A stretch of 64,000 nt of DNA from Escherichia phage PGN829.1, in sequence record NC_070871.1. One strand, given 5' to 3'. The notes under the pieces were generated by a model. It was not told where the DNA came from. It was given only the letters and a program-made list of their open reading frames with translations, and made no database searches. Shown piece after piece: positions 27,649-37,645 of the stretch. The stretch's first letter is position 1; every line of letters starts with the position of its first letter. A program made the translations under genes and the position numbers.

Positions 27649-30600
27649 ACGCACACAACCCCTTTGATGCAAAACAGGATTGGACCAATCCATACTGTCA
27701 AAACAGTTCCAATGACCCAATGGTAGATGCACTACTCGGTAATGCTTACCATGTGGTTCGTACTGTGTACTGCAACCTGGGTAATCTTAAACTTCTGTAT
27801 GATTTCCTGAACCAATATGGGATGGTCATCGGCGTAAACTCTGAAGAGGAGTTGAAGGCATTATCCACGCAAGTTAAATACTCTCGTATCTATGGTTTCT
27901 CTCGTGCAGGTGACCGGCAGGTAACTGACTACTTGTACGTAGAGGGTGACCGTACAGGTATTCTACCCAACGATGTTGATGCAACTGGTTCATGGATTAC
28001 TGTTGCTACTTCTGGTTCCTCTAGTGGTGGTACTTCCTCTGGAGAAGGTGCTTATATTCCTTGGGTATACAGCAATGGTTCTGCTACTGGTGGGGAAACC
28101 ACAATCAATGTACCGGATGGTACGGTGGGTGTACCATTTATCATTATTAATGGTGATATGCAGTATGTAGGACGTGGTTTTGAGTTTGATGTAGACAGTT
28201 TGTCAGTAACTCTGGCTCAGCCTCTAGAAGAAGGTGATGAAGTGGTATTCCTTCTGACTGGAGTTCCTGCTGTACCAGATAATCCTAACATTAATGACTG
28301 GATTCAGATTAATTGGTTGTACAACAATGGTGCTGCTGTAGGTGGTGAGCAGGCTATTACTATTCCTTATACCTTCCAGTCTATTCCGGCTGTGTATAAG
28401 AACGGTCTTCGTTTGTATAAAGGATTAACTACTGAGTCTTATACTGCTGACCCGGATAACCAACGTATTTTTCTTACCGAACCACTGACAACCAATGATC
28501 GCTTGATAGTACAGATTGGTGGTGAAGCACGAGTATTAGAAGCAACGGATCGTACCATACAGGAAGTGGCTCGTGCGGCTAATGTAAAAGATTCTGAAGT
28601 TATTCTCAGTACTGATACAGTACATTCCTTGAATAACAAAAAAGTCATTTATAATCTTGATAATCAGCAGATTTACGTTATTCCAGAATTACCAACTAAT
28701 GTATATATATCCAGCGTAGCTGGTAATATACTTACATATATTCCGGGTAACATTCAGGTTAAGTTACTAACCAAAAAAGAAACTGACCAAATTACCCTAT
28801 GGCGGGATGCCGGGGATGTGCGGGGATGGGGCGCTAAGGGTGACGGAGTAACAGACAGCACTGCTGCATTCTTGAGCGCGTTAGCAAATCACAACAGAGC
28901 TTATGTCCCGGATGGTACTTTTTTAGTGGATACGACTGCTATTGATATCAATCTGGTTCATGGCGAAGGCTATATTCTGACAAATGCTGGCATTCGAATT
29001 TCGGTTCAACAATTTCGTCATCAGATGAAAATGGTACAGGCCAAGCTGATGGTGCCAAATTTCGGCTTTGACAACGGCACTACAGATACATCAATTTACC
29101 CTGGTGCAAGGAACGCTCTACAAGGAATAGCCGTCGTCGAAGTAAATGGGGTCACAAAACTCTTTATGTCGCAGCGTGTTGCTGGCGGTTCATGGACAGC
29201 AACCACACGTTGCAGAATTGTTGAGTGCGAACTGGTTGTCGATGGCTCTACAGTTCCACTTGTGACGTACTCAGGATTGCTTAACATTGGGCATGGTATT
29301 GATCTAACGGCTCGCATCGAGAATGGCGAAGTTTACCTTTATTCCTCACAGTCTGTTGATCCGGCCTATCCTGACGATAAGGCGGGTAAGGGTTACAGTC
29401 GCATTCACTGGCGTGGTTCACTGACCAGTCAGGCGGATGTTGAATCATTCGCACTGTGGGGGCAGGTAGGTAGCGGGCATCGTTTTGAGAAATACAACCG
29501 CGCCTGCGTTAAAATTTCTGACGATGGGAAATTTCTCATCATGGCCTCCTCGCCGGTCAATGCAGGGGCCAAGCGTCAGATCTTCGTCTACGACTTTAAG
29601 GAAGTACAGAACGCTTCGGACAAATTGTCTGTGGGACCTAAATACATTACCGAGTACTCGGTACCGAGTGAGCAAAACTCCAACGTTCTGCAGGGCATCA
29701 TGTCGGATGGGCGCACATTGACCATCAACATGGGTGGAACCGTGACCTTGAGTCCAAACTACATCATAGATGTAGGTTTCGACGGAACCACAGAAGTTCG
29801 CCAGGAGTACGAGGGTGCGCTAGACCAGTATGGGCTTTCTGGAATACTCAATAACCCAACTCAGGGCCATCCATGGCGTTTTGAACCAGAGGGAATCTGC
29901 TCATATAAAGGTGGGCGACTTGTCTCCATTGCAGAGGGCTGGTATGCAACTGCAAAAATAGTTTCATGGGAAGGGGCTAACTGGGCGTGCATTACGCCGA
30001 AAGATACAACTGGTGTCCCACCATCGAACGGTTCGTACTGGATAAAGACAACAAAGGCCGCGACTGAGGGTGCCTGGAGTTCAGCCGTCAACTATGCAAA
30101 CACAGCTGATTTCTCTCATGAAGTGAAGACTATCTACTACATTGGGCCATCACTTGGTTTGCCACAGGAAAAGCCGCTTACCAGTGGGATTAATAACAGA
30201 CCTGACCCGTCGCAGGTTCCAACCGGGCAGGGATCTGGTGCTACATCTATCGGCTTCCAGTGGCGTAATATACTCACAATCAGAGGATGGGCGGCAGCGA
30301 TAAACCGGTACTTTGATGCGTTACAATACGACAATTCATCGAGGTTAAGAATTTATGATTCCCAGGAAGGAGCTGACAATACCCAGTATGTATCAGTACA
30401 GGCCCTCTTTAATAGTACAATCAAGGCATTAATCCTCAGAGCGGGCGGCGCCAGTGTAACTGATAGTGCAGCCATGCGCTTACACAAGCGAGATGATCCC
30501 ACGTATCCTGGTTATATCGTAGAGAGCACGCGAGCAACTGGTGAGTTTTCCAGGGAAACCAATGATTCTGGGGCGACTAGGTTTGCATCTGCTGCTGGCA

Positions 30601-30818
30601 GTACGCCAGTAACAGCTTGCCGTCCCGATGATGGGATGATGTATGGATTCGAAAAAAGCAGGAATGTAAATCTCTGGGGGATCTATCGCGGGATAGGTTC
30701 CCCAGAAGGGGTGATTACGGCACCTCGTGGCTCTCTATATGTGGCAGCAACAGGCGCCCCGGCAACGTTATACGTTAAAGAATCTGGCTCAGGAAATACA
30801 GGATGGGTGGCAAAATGA
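27639..30818 (+). CDS. tail fibre/tailspike protein with conserved N-terminal virion-attachment part and GC-rich, probably exchanged, C-terminal receptor-binding/enzymatic module
   Basis: 1059 aa; GAKGDGVTDSTAAF (pectate-lyase-superfamily N-cap motif) at about aa 395; abrupt shift to GC-rich codons from about nt 28795. Confidence 0.6.
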   Translation: MAMNAHNPFDAKQDWTNPYCQNSSNDPMVDALLGNAYHVVRTVYCNLGNLKLLYDFLNQYGMVIGVNSEEELKALSTQVKYSRIYGFSRAGDRQVTDYLYVEGDRTGILPNDVDATGSWITVATSGSSSGGTSSGEGAYIPWVYSNGSATGGETTINVPDGTVGVPFIIINGDMQYVGRGFEFDVDSLSVTLAQPLEEGDEVVFLLTGVPAVPDNPNINDWIQINWLYNNGAAVGGEQAITIPYTFQSIPAVYKNGLRLYKGLTTESYTADPDNQRIFLTEPLTTNDRLIVQIGGEARVLEATDRTIQEVARAANVKDSEVILSTDTVHSLNNKKVIYNLDNQQIYVIPELPTNVYISSVAGNILTYIPGNIQVKLLTKKETDQITLWRDAGDVRGWGAKGDGVTDSTAAFLSALANHNRAYVPDGTFLVDTTAIDINLVHGEGYILTNAGIRISVQQFRHQMKMVQAKLMVPNFGFDNGTTDTSIYPGARNALQGIAVVEVNGVTKLFMSQRVAGGSWTATTRCRIVECELVVDGSTVPLVTYSGLLNIGHGIDLTARIENGEVYLYSSQSVDPAYPDDKAGKGYSRIHWRGSLTSQADVESFALWGQVGSGHRFEKYNRACVKISDDGKFLIMASSPVNAGAKRQIFVYDFKEVQNASDKLSVGPKYITEYSVPSEQNSNVLQGIMSDGRTLTINMGGTVTLSPNYIIDVGFDGTTEVRQEYEGALDQYGLSGILNNPTQGHPWRFEPEGICSYKGGRLVSIAEGWYATAKIVSWEGANWACITPKDTTGVPPSNGSYWIKTTKAATEGAWSSAVNYANTADFSHEVKTIYYIGPSLGLPQEKPLTSGINNRPDPSQVPTGQGSGATSIGFQWRNILTIRGWAAAINRYFDALQYDNSSRLRIYDSQEGADNTQYVSVQALFNSTIKALILRAGGASVTDSAAMRLHKRDDPTYPGYIVESTRATGEFSRETNDSGATRFASAAGSTPVTACRPDDGMMYGFEKSRNVNLWGIYRGIGSPEGVITAPRGSLYVAATGAPATLYVKESGSGNTGWVAK

Positions 30819-31024
30819 AAATGATGAAAGTTATTCGTGATGAAACCGGCGCAGTAATAAACATCGGCGAATGGGATTACGTTTATGCAGAATCTGAGCC
30901 GGGTAAGGGGATAGTCGCCACCAACCCGCTACCAGATGGATCAACGGAAAGCGAAGAAGAGGTGGTCAATGGCTGGGATGGCGGACTTTATGTTAAAGGT
31001 GATCCGAGGGCAAATGGGGCTTAA
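30815..31024 (+). CDS. small protein linked to the tail fibre C-terminal module (possible fibre assembly chaperone)
   Basis: 69 aa from ATG at 30815 overlapping the upstream stop (ATGA); shares GC-rich composition with the adjacent C-terminal fibre module; function inferred from position only. Confidence 0.3.
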   Translation: MKMMKVIRDETGAVINIGEWDYVYAESEPGKGIVATNPLPDGSTESEEEVVNGWDGGLYVKGDPRANGA

Positions 31025-31163
31025 TAGTTATTTTCTATACCCTGAATAGTAGACAGAGTAACTATTATGGTAACGACTATGGCAAGGATGCCAGTAATTA
31101 TAAACACGAAAATTCCTTAAACCCCTCTTCGGAGGGGTTTCCCAGAAAAACAAAGAGGTTTAC

Positions 31164-33050
31164 ATGAACGAATTATTCTCACAAGGTGGTAAAGGCTCTA
31201 CTGGTATTCTTACCAATAAACAAGCCATTGCCCGTAAGTTTGGTGTTAAGCAGAATGAAGTAGTCTACTTTTCTGTAGGTGTAGACTTGGGGGGTTACAA
31301 AGTCATTTATGACAAGACTACTCAGCGTGCTTACTCTTTGCCCGTACTCCCGGTAGGAACCACTGCTGTAAGCCTGAATGAACAAGCAATCCTGGTTCAT
31401 TCAGCAGGTACTGTTGATTTGGGGGAACTTGGGAAAAGCAGGGGGGAGTATACTACCCTACCTGGCACGTTCTCCACCGGTTCCATAGTAAATACTAAGA
31501 ATGACATACTCGTTTACAATGATACTGGATACACCTACCAGGGTGCACTACCCGTTACTGTAGCTCCTGGATCATCCCCTGTTGGGGATGCTAATTGGGT
31601 TGCTATATCCGACGCATACCTGAAAGAGGAACTACTTAATAAGTATATACACTATGTTACCCCGCAAGTATTTGGTGCTATGGGGGATGGTGTTACTGAT
31701 GATACTGAAGCCATTCAAGCAGCAATGGATTACTGTCAACTGAATCGAACTAAGTTGGTGATTCCATCCAAGAAGTACATTATTACTAAACCCTTGTTGT
31801 ATCGCAATTTAGGCTTTTATAACTATGAAATTGAAGGACAAGGTGGTAATGCAATTATTGAATTAACTACCTTAGCTAAGACAGGTATAACTGAGCCAGA
31901 TGCTTACGGGGTGGATGTTAACGTAAATGCTGCTATTGTTGTATTAACAGATACTAATCAGAGTAAGTATGCTCGTATTTCAGGTATTCGCTTTACAACT
32001 ACAGTCAATGCTGACTACGGTATCTATTTTAGTATAACGGAGAACAGTTACGTATCAGATTGCCTCTTTGAAGGTTATAAGTTTGGTATATTTGATAAAG
32101 GTTCATGGATTCAACGTATATCCCGGTGTATTGCTCGTAACTGTACGGATACCGGGTTCTATATCCAAGACGGTACTAGTACCTACATAAAAGAATGCTA
32201 TGTTGATTATGCTAATCGTGGTTACTACTTAGCTAGTGGCTATAGTTCGATTATTGATTGTGCATGCGACCATACTACCCGCTGGAGCTATGTATTTGGC
32301 GGTGGTTCCGGTGATAACGCTACTACAGATACCCGAAGCATTAGTATGCATAATTGTGGTTCTGAAAATACAGGAACGGGTTCTGCTATCTACATAGATG
32401 GTAGGGTTGCATTAGGTATTTCTAATTATCATGCGGGTAATTACCCTCCATACCAAACAGCCAATACCCCCTATCTTGTAGATGTTTCAAGTAAGGGTTC
32501 AGATTCTCAAATTACTATGAGTAATGTGCGATGTGTTAACTTCTCTTACCTTATTAATGATGCCAGCAGCTCTAATAACTATTTTGACCTTACTAACGTT
32601 ACCTGTCGTAGTACATTAACTGGTAAATACAGTCTGGCTTCTGGAACCAGGGTACTAGAAAGAACCAAGGAAGGTGGTGTACGAATCATTACTAATACTG
32701 ATTTAACTGGTATTGGTATTGTTGCTGGGGATATTGTGGACTCACTCTCCGATAACACCACTTTATCTGGTTTGCGTAATGGGCAATTCATCTATCGTAA
32801 GGGTATATCTATCACCCGCTCTACTGGTTCCGCTGGTAGTACTGAAGTAACACTACCTATTAACTTACTGGATTATCGTGTAGCCGTAACCTTTAATGGG
32901 GGTATTGGTGCATTGCAGAGTATTGCCCCTGTATTTAGCGTTACTAACCAAACCCCTTCTGGGTTTACGGTTAACTGCGCAAGTTCTCGTGGTGACGAAG
33001 CGTGGACTACATTAGGTGCAGATATTATTGTATATGGCTTGAAGCAGTAA
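31164..33050 (+). CDS. second tailspike, pectate-lyase-fold (beta-helix) depolymerase-like
   Basis: 628 aa; GAMGDGVTDDTEAIQAAMDY motif then repetitive Asn/Gly/Thr-rich beta-helix-like segments. Confidence 0.55.
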   Translation: MNELFSQGGKGSTGILTNKQAIARKFGVKQNEVVYFSVGVDLGGYKVIYDKTTQRAYSLPVLPVGTTAVSLNEQAILVHSAGTVDLGELGKSRGEYTTLPGTFSTGSIVNTKNDILVYNDTGYTYQGALPVTVAPGSSPVGDANWVAISDAYLKEELLNKYIHYVTPQVFGAMGDGVTDDTEAIQAAMDYCQLNRTKLVIPSKKYIITKPLLYRNLGFYNYEIEGQGGNAIIELTTLAKTGITEPDAYGVDVNVNAAIVVLTDTNQSKYARISGIRFTTTVNADYGIYFSITENSYVSDCLFEGYKFGIFDKGSWIQRISRCIARNCTDTGFYIQDGTSTYIKECYVDYANRGYYLASGYSSIIDCACDHTTRWSYVFGGGSGDNATTDTRSISMHNCGSENTGTGSAIYIDGRVALGISNYHAGNYPPYQTANTPYLVDVSSKGSDSQITMSNVRCVNFSYLINDASSSNNYFDLTNVTCRSTLTGKYSLASGTRVLERTKEGGVRIITNTDLTGIGIVAGDIVDSLSDNTTLSGLRNGQFIYRKGISITRSTGSAGSTEVTLPINLLDYRVAVTFNGGIGALQSIAPVFSVTNQTPSGFTVNCASSRGDEAWTTLGADIIVYGLKQ

Positions 33051-33055
33051 ATTTA

Positions 33056-33086
33056 GGTAGTGGGGTAAATTTAGTACCCCACTACC
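33056..33086 (+). promoter_or_regulatory. perfect 12-bp hairpin just downstream of the tailspike stop (no U-tract)
   Basis: GGTAGTGGGGTA-AATTTAG-TACCCCACTACC; candidate RNA-stability or processing element rather than a classical terminator. Confidence 0.35.
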
Positions 33087-33308
33087 AAACCCATTAGTGT
33101 TTGCTGATTCCATTGCTCTAACTGTAAAAATGGTTAGGGTAACTCTCCCCCATAGGGTATTGAATATATCCAATGATGCCCTTTCTACAAAGCACAGGTT
33201 TTGCTCGTCTCTTTGTCTGGATGTATTTCAGCATACTAAGTATTATCTAAGAGTCATCTTATGATACGACCCCATTGGGGTTCCTAACTTCGTAACTACG
33301 GTAATAAT

Positions 33309-33638
33309 ATGAATGAATCGGGTGAACTGCTTCTAGTCAGACTGGAGGAACGATTGAAGACTCTGTTTGAGAACCAGACAAGGGACAGACAGGACCGTGA
33401 GAAACTGGAGGAAACTCTGGGAGAACTACGGGATTCAATCAATGACATAGGTAATAGACTAAAAAATGTGGAGGATAGCTTAGCTAAGAATGAACCTACT
33501 ATTGAAGAGTTCATCACTATTAAGCATAAAGTCGTTGGTGCTGGAATTTTTGGTAAGTGGGTGTGGGCTGGGGCAGGTGCAATTATTGGTGTATTGGCTG
33601 CTGCAAGACGGGAGATATTCGCATGGTTCGTAGGCTAA
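33309..33638 (+). CDS. lysis-cassette membrane protein (holin/antiholin candidate), coiled-coil N-terminus and C-terminal TM helix
   Basis: 109 aa; C-terminal hydrophobic GAGIFGKWVWAGAGAIIGVLAAA; directly upstream of holin-like and endolysin genes. Confidence 0.35.
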   Translation: MNESGELLLVRLEERLKTLFENQTRDRQDREKLEETLGELRDSINDIGNRLKNVEDSLAKNEPTIEEFITIKHKVVGAGIFGKWVWAGAGAIIGVLAAARREIFAWFVG

Positions 33639-33883
33639 AAAGAAAGATTGAGTTAGTACCTAACTGGAAAAGATGCTGGAAGTGGGCATCCGTTCAGATT
33701 AGTACATTTGGTTTAATTTTATTCTCTGCTGTAGATATCATCCAACCAATGGTGACAGGATTACCTCGTCACATCCTGGAAGATATTCCCCATGGTTCCA
33801 ATATTGCAATCGCACTGTTTGCCTTAAACATCATAGGCAGATTAATACGGTTCCGTCCAAAGGAAAATTCTCATGAAAGCTAA
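33623..33883 (+). CDS. holin-like small membrane protein (two TM helices)
   Basis: ORF trimmed to ATG at 33623 (MVRRLKRK...); two hydrophobic helices; stop overlaps endolysin start. Confidence 0.4.
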   Translation: MVRRLKRKIELVPNWKRCWKWASVQISTFGLILFSAVDIIQPMVTGLPRHILEDIPHGSNIAIALFALNIIGRLIRFRPKENSHES

Positions 33884-34508
33884 ACAGAAACTTGCTGCAA
33901 AAGGTGGTGCAGTGGGAGGGGTTGTCGCTGCTATCCTGGGGGCAGTGTTCTATATGGAAGGGGGTTATGTAAACAATCCTCGTGACCCAGGTGGGGAAAC
34001 TAATCATGGTATTACCCAATCGGTAGCTAAGTCTCATAAGGAGGTTCTGGCTACTGAATATGGTTGGGATGGTTCTATGAAAGGTTTATCTAAGGAGATG
34101 GCTGCTGAGATATACATTGATGACTACGTACTTAAGCCTAACTTCGTAGCCTTCGCTGATATATCTCCTGCTGTAACGCATAAGCTGGTAGATGCTGGTG
34201 TTAATACTGGTGTAACCCGTCCGGCTAAGTGGTTGCAGTTATCCCTTAATGAAATGTCCCGTGATGGCAAAGACTACCCTAAAATACAGGTTGATGGTAA
34301 AGTCGGTGCAAGTACTGTTAATGCTTATAAAGCATTACAGAAAAAACGAGGCAAAGTTGCAGCATGTCAGGTAATGATTAAGCTGCTTGATGCTAAACAA
34401 CTAAACCACTATACCTCATTAAACATGCCAGACTTTACGTATGGTTGGGTAGCTAACCGAATAGGCAATGTGCCACTGGAGGCATGTAATGAAGATGCTA
34501 ATCTCTAA
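33873..34508 (+). CDS. endolysin, GH108 N-acetylmuramidase with PG-binding domain and N-terminal signal-anchor-like segment (N4 gp61-like)
   Basis: 211 aa; EGGYVNNPRDPGGETNHGIT matches the GH108 catalytic motif; N-terminal GGAVGGVVAAILGAVF hydrophobic stretch. Confidence 0.7.
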   Translation: MKAKQKLAAKGGAVGGVVAAILGAVFYMEGGYVNNPRDPGGETNHGITQSVAKSHKEVLATEYGWDGSMKGLSKEMAAEIYIDDYVLKPNFVAFADISPAVTHKLVDAGVNTGVTRPAKWLQLSLNEMSRDGKDYPKIQVDGKVGASTVNAYKALQKKRGKVAACQVMIKLLDAKQLNHYTSLNMPDFTYGWVANRIGNVPLEACNEDANL

Positions 34509-34995
34509 AGGTTGGCCTTATCTTCTGGTGGTGGTCCTTGGGGCCACCATTTACTTTTGGGGCAATTCCAATGGACAGTCTACTGTTCAAAAGAAATGGG
34601 ATGCCCAAAAGGTCGAAGACCAAAGGGCAACACAAAAATTACAGGACAAATACAATGCTCTCCAAAGAAACCATAGTTATGAAGTCGGGTTACTCACTTC
34701 TCGGTTGCAGACGGCTGAGAGTAATTACGCAAGCGAGCTTGCTCGCGTTAGTAGTGATTATGACAGCCGGATGCAACAGTCTGAAAGACGGGCATCGGTA
34801 TATAAACGTCAAGCCGAAGCCGGAACCCTTGAGTGCAGAAGTCTTGCAAGCCATGCAGCCAAACTCGACAGCAGTCTTGAAGAAGGCAGACGTTTGGTTG
34901 AAGAACTCCGGGCAACTGTTAGACTCCGTGACAGCCAACTAATTGAGTTGGGTAAACAGATTCAGGCTGACCGTAAACTTTTTGAACAGGAATAA
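34489..34995 (+). CDS. i-spanin (Rz-like inner-membrane spanin)
   Basis: Trimmed to ATG at 34489 (GGAGG SD 6 nt upstream); N-terminal TM then coiled-coil periplasmic domain; follows endolysin. Confidence 0.5.
   Translation: MKMLISKGWPYLLVVVLGATIYFWGNSNGQSTVQKKWDAQKVEDQRATQKLQDKYNALQRNHSYEVGLLTSRLQTAESNYASELARVSSDYDSRMQQSERRASVYKRQAEAGTLECRSLASHAAKLDSSLEEGRRLVEELRATVRLRDSQLIELGKQIQADRKLFEQE
34679..34942 (+). CDS. o-spanin (Rz1-like lipoprotein) embedded in the +1 frame of the i-spanin gene
   Basis: Alternative-frame ORF inside 34489-34995; signal peptide ending in lipobox-like IMTAGC; Pro-rich mature part (KPKPEPLS); start codon uncertain. Confidence 0.4.
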   Translation: MKSGYSLLGCRRLRVITQASLLALVVIMTAGCNSLKDGHRYINVKPKPEPLSAEVLQAMQPNSTAVLKKADVWLKNSGQLLDSVTAN

Positions 34996-34997
34996 CT

Positions 34998-37268
34998 ATG
35001 GAACACCAAGACACTTTTAAGCCTTTACCAGACCCGGCTCAATCAGAGAAGTTAACGGACTGGAAGAAAGAACCAAGTATCCAATTACTGAAAGGTGATC
35101 TGGAATCAGCTAAACCTGCTCACGATGCAATCATGGCTCAGATTCGTGAGTGGAATGACTTGATGGAAGTTAAGGGTAAGGCTAAACCACCCAAAGTTAA
35201 AGGACGTTCGCAAGTTCAACCTAGACTGGTTCGCCGTCAGGCAGAGTGGCGTTATGCACCATTGTCTGAACCATTCCTCTCGTCTAATAAACTCTTTAAA
35301 GTAACTCCTGTTACTTTTGAAGATGAATTAGCTGCACGTCAGAATGAATTAGTTCTTAACTACCAATTCCGTACTCAGCTTAATAAAGTAAAACTGGTAG
35401 ATGATTACGTGCATAGTGTCGTAGATGACGGTACTGGTATTGCTCGTATCGGTTGGGAACGTAAGACTGTTAAGATTAAGACAGAAACCCCAGTCTTCCA
35501 GTTGTATCCAATTGAGAACCAGGAACAAGCAGATGTTCTTCAACAGGCTTTGCAGCTTCAGGCAGAGAATCCCCGTGAGTATGATGAAACAATGCCGGAA
35601 GATATTAAGGAAGCTGTTAACTACTTCAATGAAACTGGAGAAGCTACATATGCAATCCAGACCGGTGTTACTGAGGTAGAAGTAGAGAAAGCACTGGTTA
35701 ACAGACCTACCGTTGAAATGCTTAACCCCAATAACGTAGTTATTGATCCAAGCTGTAATGGTGATTTGGATAAGGCTTTGTATGCAGTCATTTCGTTTGA
35801 GACATGCAAAGCAGACCTCATGAAGAACAAAGACCGTTATCACAACCTGGATAAGATTGACTGGGAAAGTTCCAGTCCTATGACTGACCCAGACCATGAA
35901 AGTAAAACTCCTGGTGACTTCCAGTTTAAGGATGCACTTCGCAAGAAAGTAATTGCTTATGAGTATTGGGGATTCTACGACATTAACGATGATGGTTCAC
36001 TGGAACCAATTGTTGCTACCTGGATTGGCTCTACTCTTATTCGTATGGAGAAGAATCCATTCCCTGATGGTAAGTTACCGTTGGTAGTTGTTCCCTATAT
36101 GCCTCGTAAACGTGAACTCTATGGTGAAGCTGATGCTGAATTGCTAGGAGATAACCAAGCAATTCTTGGTGCAACCATGCGTGGGATGATTGACCTGTTG
36201 GGCCGAAGTGCAAATGGTCAACGTGGTTATCCTAAAGGGATGTTAGATACCCTGAACCGTCGTCGATACGATGATGGACAAGACTACGAATATAACCCAA
36301 TGCAGGGCAATCCTAGTCAGGCCATTATGGAACACAAGTTCCCTGAGTTACCCCAGTCGGCAATAGTAATGACTCAGATGCAAAACCAGGAAGCAGAAGC
36401 ACTAACGGGTGTTAAAGCATTCTCGGGTGGTGTAACTGGTGAAGCTTACGGAGATGTAGCTGCTGGTATTCGTGGTGTACTAGATGCAGCATCCAAACGT
36501 GAGATGGCAATCCTTCGTCGATTAGCTAAGGGTATGGCAGACATTGGTACTAAGATTTGTGCAATGAATGCTGTGTTCTTATCTGAGAAAGAAGTAGTAC
36601 GTATTACTAACGAGCAGTATGTAGAAATTAACCGAGAAGACCTTAAGGGTAACTTCGACATTGAGGTTGATATTAATACTGCTGAGATTGATAACCAGAA
36701 ATCCCAGGACTTGAGCTTCATGGTTCAAACGTTAGGTAATACGGTTGACCAAACTATTACGCTATCTCTTGTAGCTAAGATTGCAGAACTTAAACGTATG
36801 CCAGACCTTGCTCATGAGTTACGTACCTGGAAACCACAGCCAGACCCTATGGAAGAACAGCTTAAGCAATTGGCAATTCAGAAAGCACAGCTTGAGAATG
36901 AAGAGTTGCAAAGTAAGATTGCACTCAATATGGCTAAGGCTAAAGAGGCTGCTTCTAGTGGTGACCTTAAAGACCTGGATTATCTGGAACAGGAATCTGG
37001 TACTAAACATGCTCGTGACATGGAAAAACAAAAAGCACAATCTCAAGGAAACCAGAACCTTCAGATAACTAAGGCGTTGACAACACCTACTAAAGAAGGT
37101 GAAACTACCCCCAACATATCTGCTGCTGTTGGATATAACGCTTTGACTAATGGGAACTCTATACCAGAACGTGACTTAGCTGCACAACAAGACCCAGCTT
37201 ATTCACTTAGTTCCCAATTCTATGACCCTAGCCAAGACCCAGCATCGGCTCTTGGCATGAACTTGTAA
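34998..37268 (+). CDS. portal protein (N4 gp59-like)
   Basis: 756 aa; between lysis cassette and scaffold/MCP as in N4-like phages; size matches. Confidence 0.55.
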   Translation: MEHQDTFKPLPDPAQSEKLTDWKKEPSIQLLKGDLESAKPAHDAIMAQIREWNDLMEVKGKAKPPKVKGRSQVQPRLVRRQAEWRYAPLSEPFLSSNKLFKVTPVTFEDELAARQNELVLNYQFRTQLNKVKLVDDYVHSVVDDGTGIARIGWERKTVKIKTETPVFQLYPIENQEQADVLQQALQLQAENPREYDETMPEDIKEAVNYFNETGEATYAIQTGVTEVEVEKALVNRPTVEMLNPNNVVIDPSCNGDLDKALYAVISFETCKADLMKNKDRYHNLDKIDWESSSPMTDPDHESKTPGDFQFKDALRKKVIAYEYWGFYDINDDGSLEPIVATWIGSTLIRMEKNPFPDGKLPLVVVPYMPRKRELYGEADAELLGDNQAILGATMRGMIDLLGRSANGQRGYPKGMLDTLNRRRYDDGQDYEYNPMQGNPSQAIMEHKFPELPQSAIVMTQMQNQEAEALTGVKAFSGGVTGEAYGDVAAGIRGVLDAASKREMAILRRLAKGMADIGTKICAMNAVFLSEKEVVRITNEQYVEINREDLKGNFDIEVDINTAEIDNQKSQDLSFMVQTLGNTVDQTITLSLVAKIAELKRMPDLAHELRTWKPQPDPMEEQLKQLAIQKAQLENEELQSKIALNMAKAKEAASSGDLKDLDYLEQESGTKHARDMEKQKAQSQGNQNLQITKALTTPTKEGETTPNISAAVGYNALTNGNSIPERDLAAQQDPAYSLSSQFYDPSQDPASALGMNL

Positions 37269-37281
37269 GGCAGACCTTCAC

Positions 37282-37626
37282 ATGAGTAAAGAATCAACAA
37301 TCACTGGACTGGAACATCGACTGGAAGCTGCTAAAGGTGCAGTTGCACATGCAGAAGATGTACGTAAACTTCTGGAGAATCCACTGTTCCGTAAAGTAAT
37401 TCTTCGTCAGTTCTGTGTGGAAGATTGTGCACGTTACGTGCAGGAGTCTGGTGACCCACTGCTTGAACCTAATAACCGTGCAGATGCATTGAACATGGCT
37501 CAAGCTGCTGGTCACTTACGTCGTTGGCTCGACCTCGCCATTCGTATGGGCGAAAACGAAGCTGATGTTATTCTTCAGGTAGAAGAAGAACTCGATGCAG
37601 TTCGTGCTGAACCTGAAGACGAATAA
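37282..37626 (+). CDS. hypothetical virion-assembly protein
   Basis: 114-aa ORF between portal and scaffold. Confidence 0.35.
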   Translation: MSKESTITGLEHRLEAAKGAVAHAEDVRKLLENPLFRKVILRQFCVEDCARYVQESGDPLLEPNNRADALNMAQAAGHLRRWLDLAIRMGENEADVILQVEEELDAVRAEPEDE

Positions 37627-37645
37627 TTAACCGGAGATATTTCCT

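Noticed and set aside
27639-30818. Calling the 1059-aa protein the N4 gp65-type tail sheath
   Set aside because: Pectate-lyase-type motif and a compositionally foreign C-terminal module point to a receptor-binding fibre/tailspike, not a sheath.
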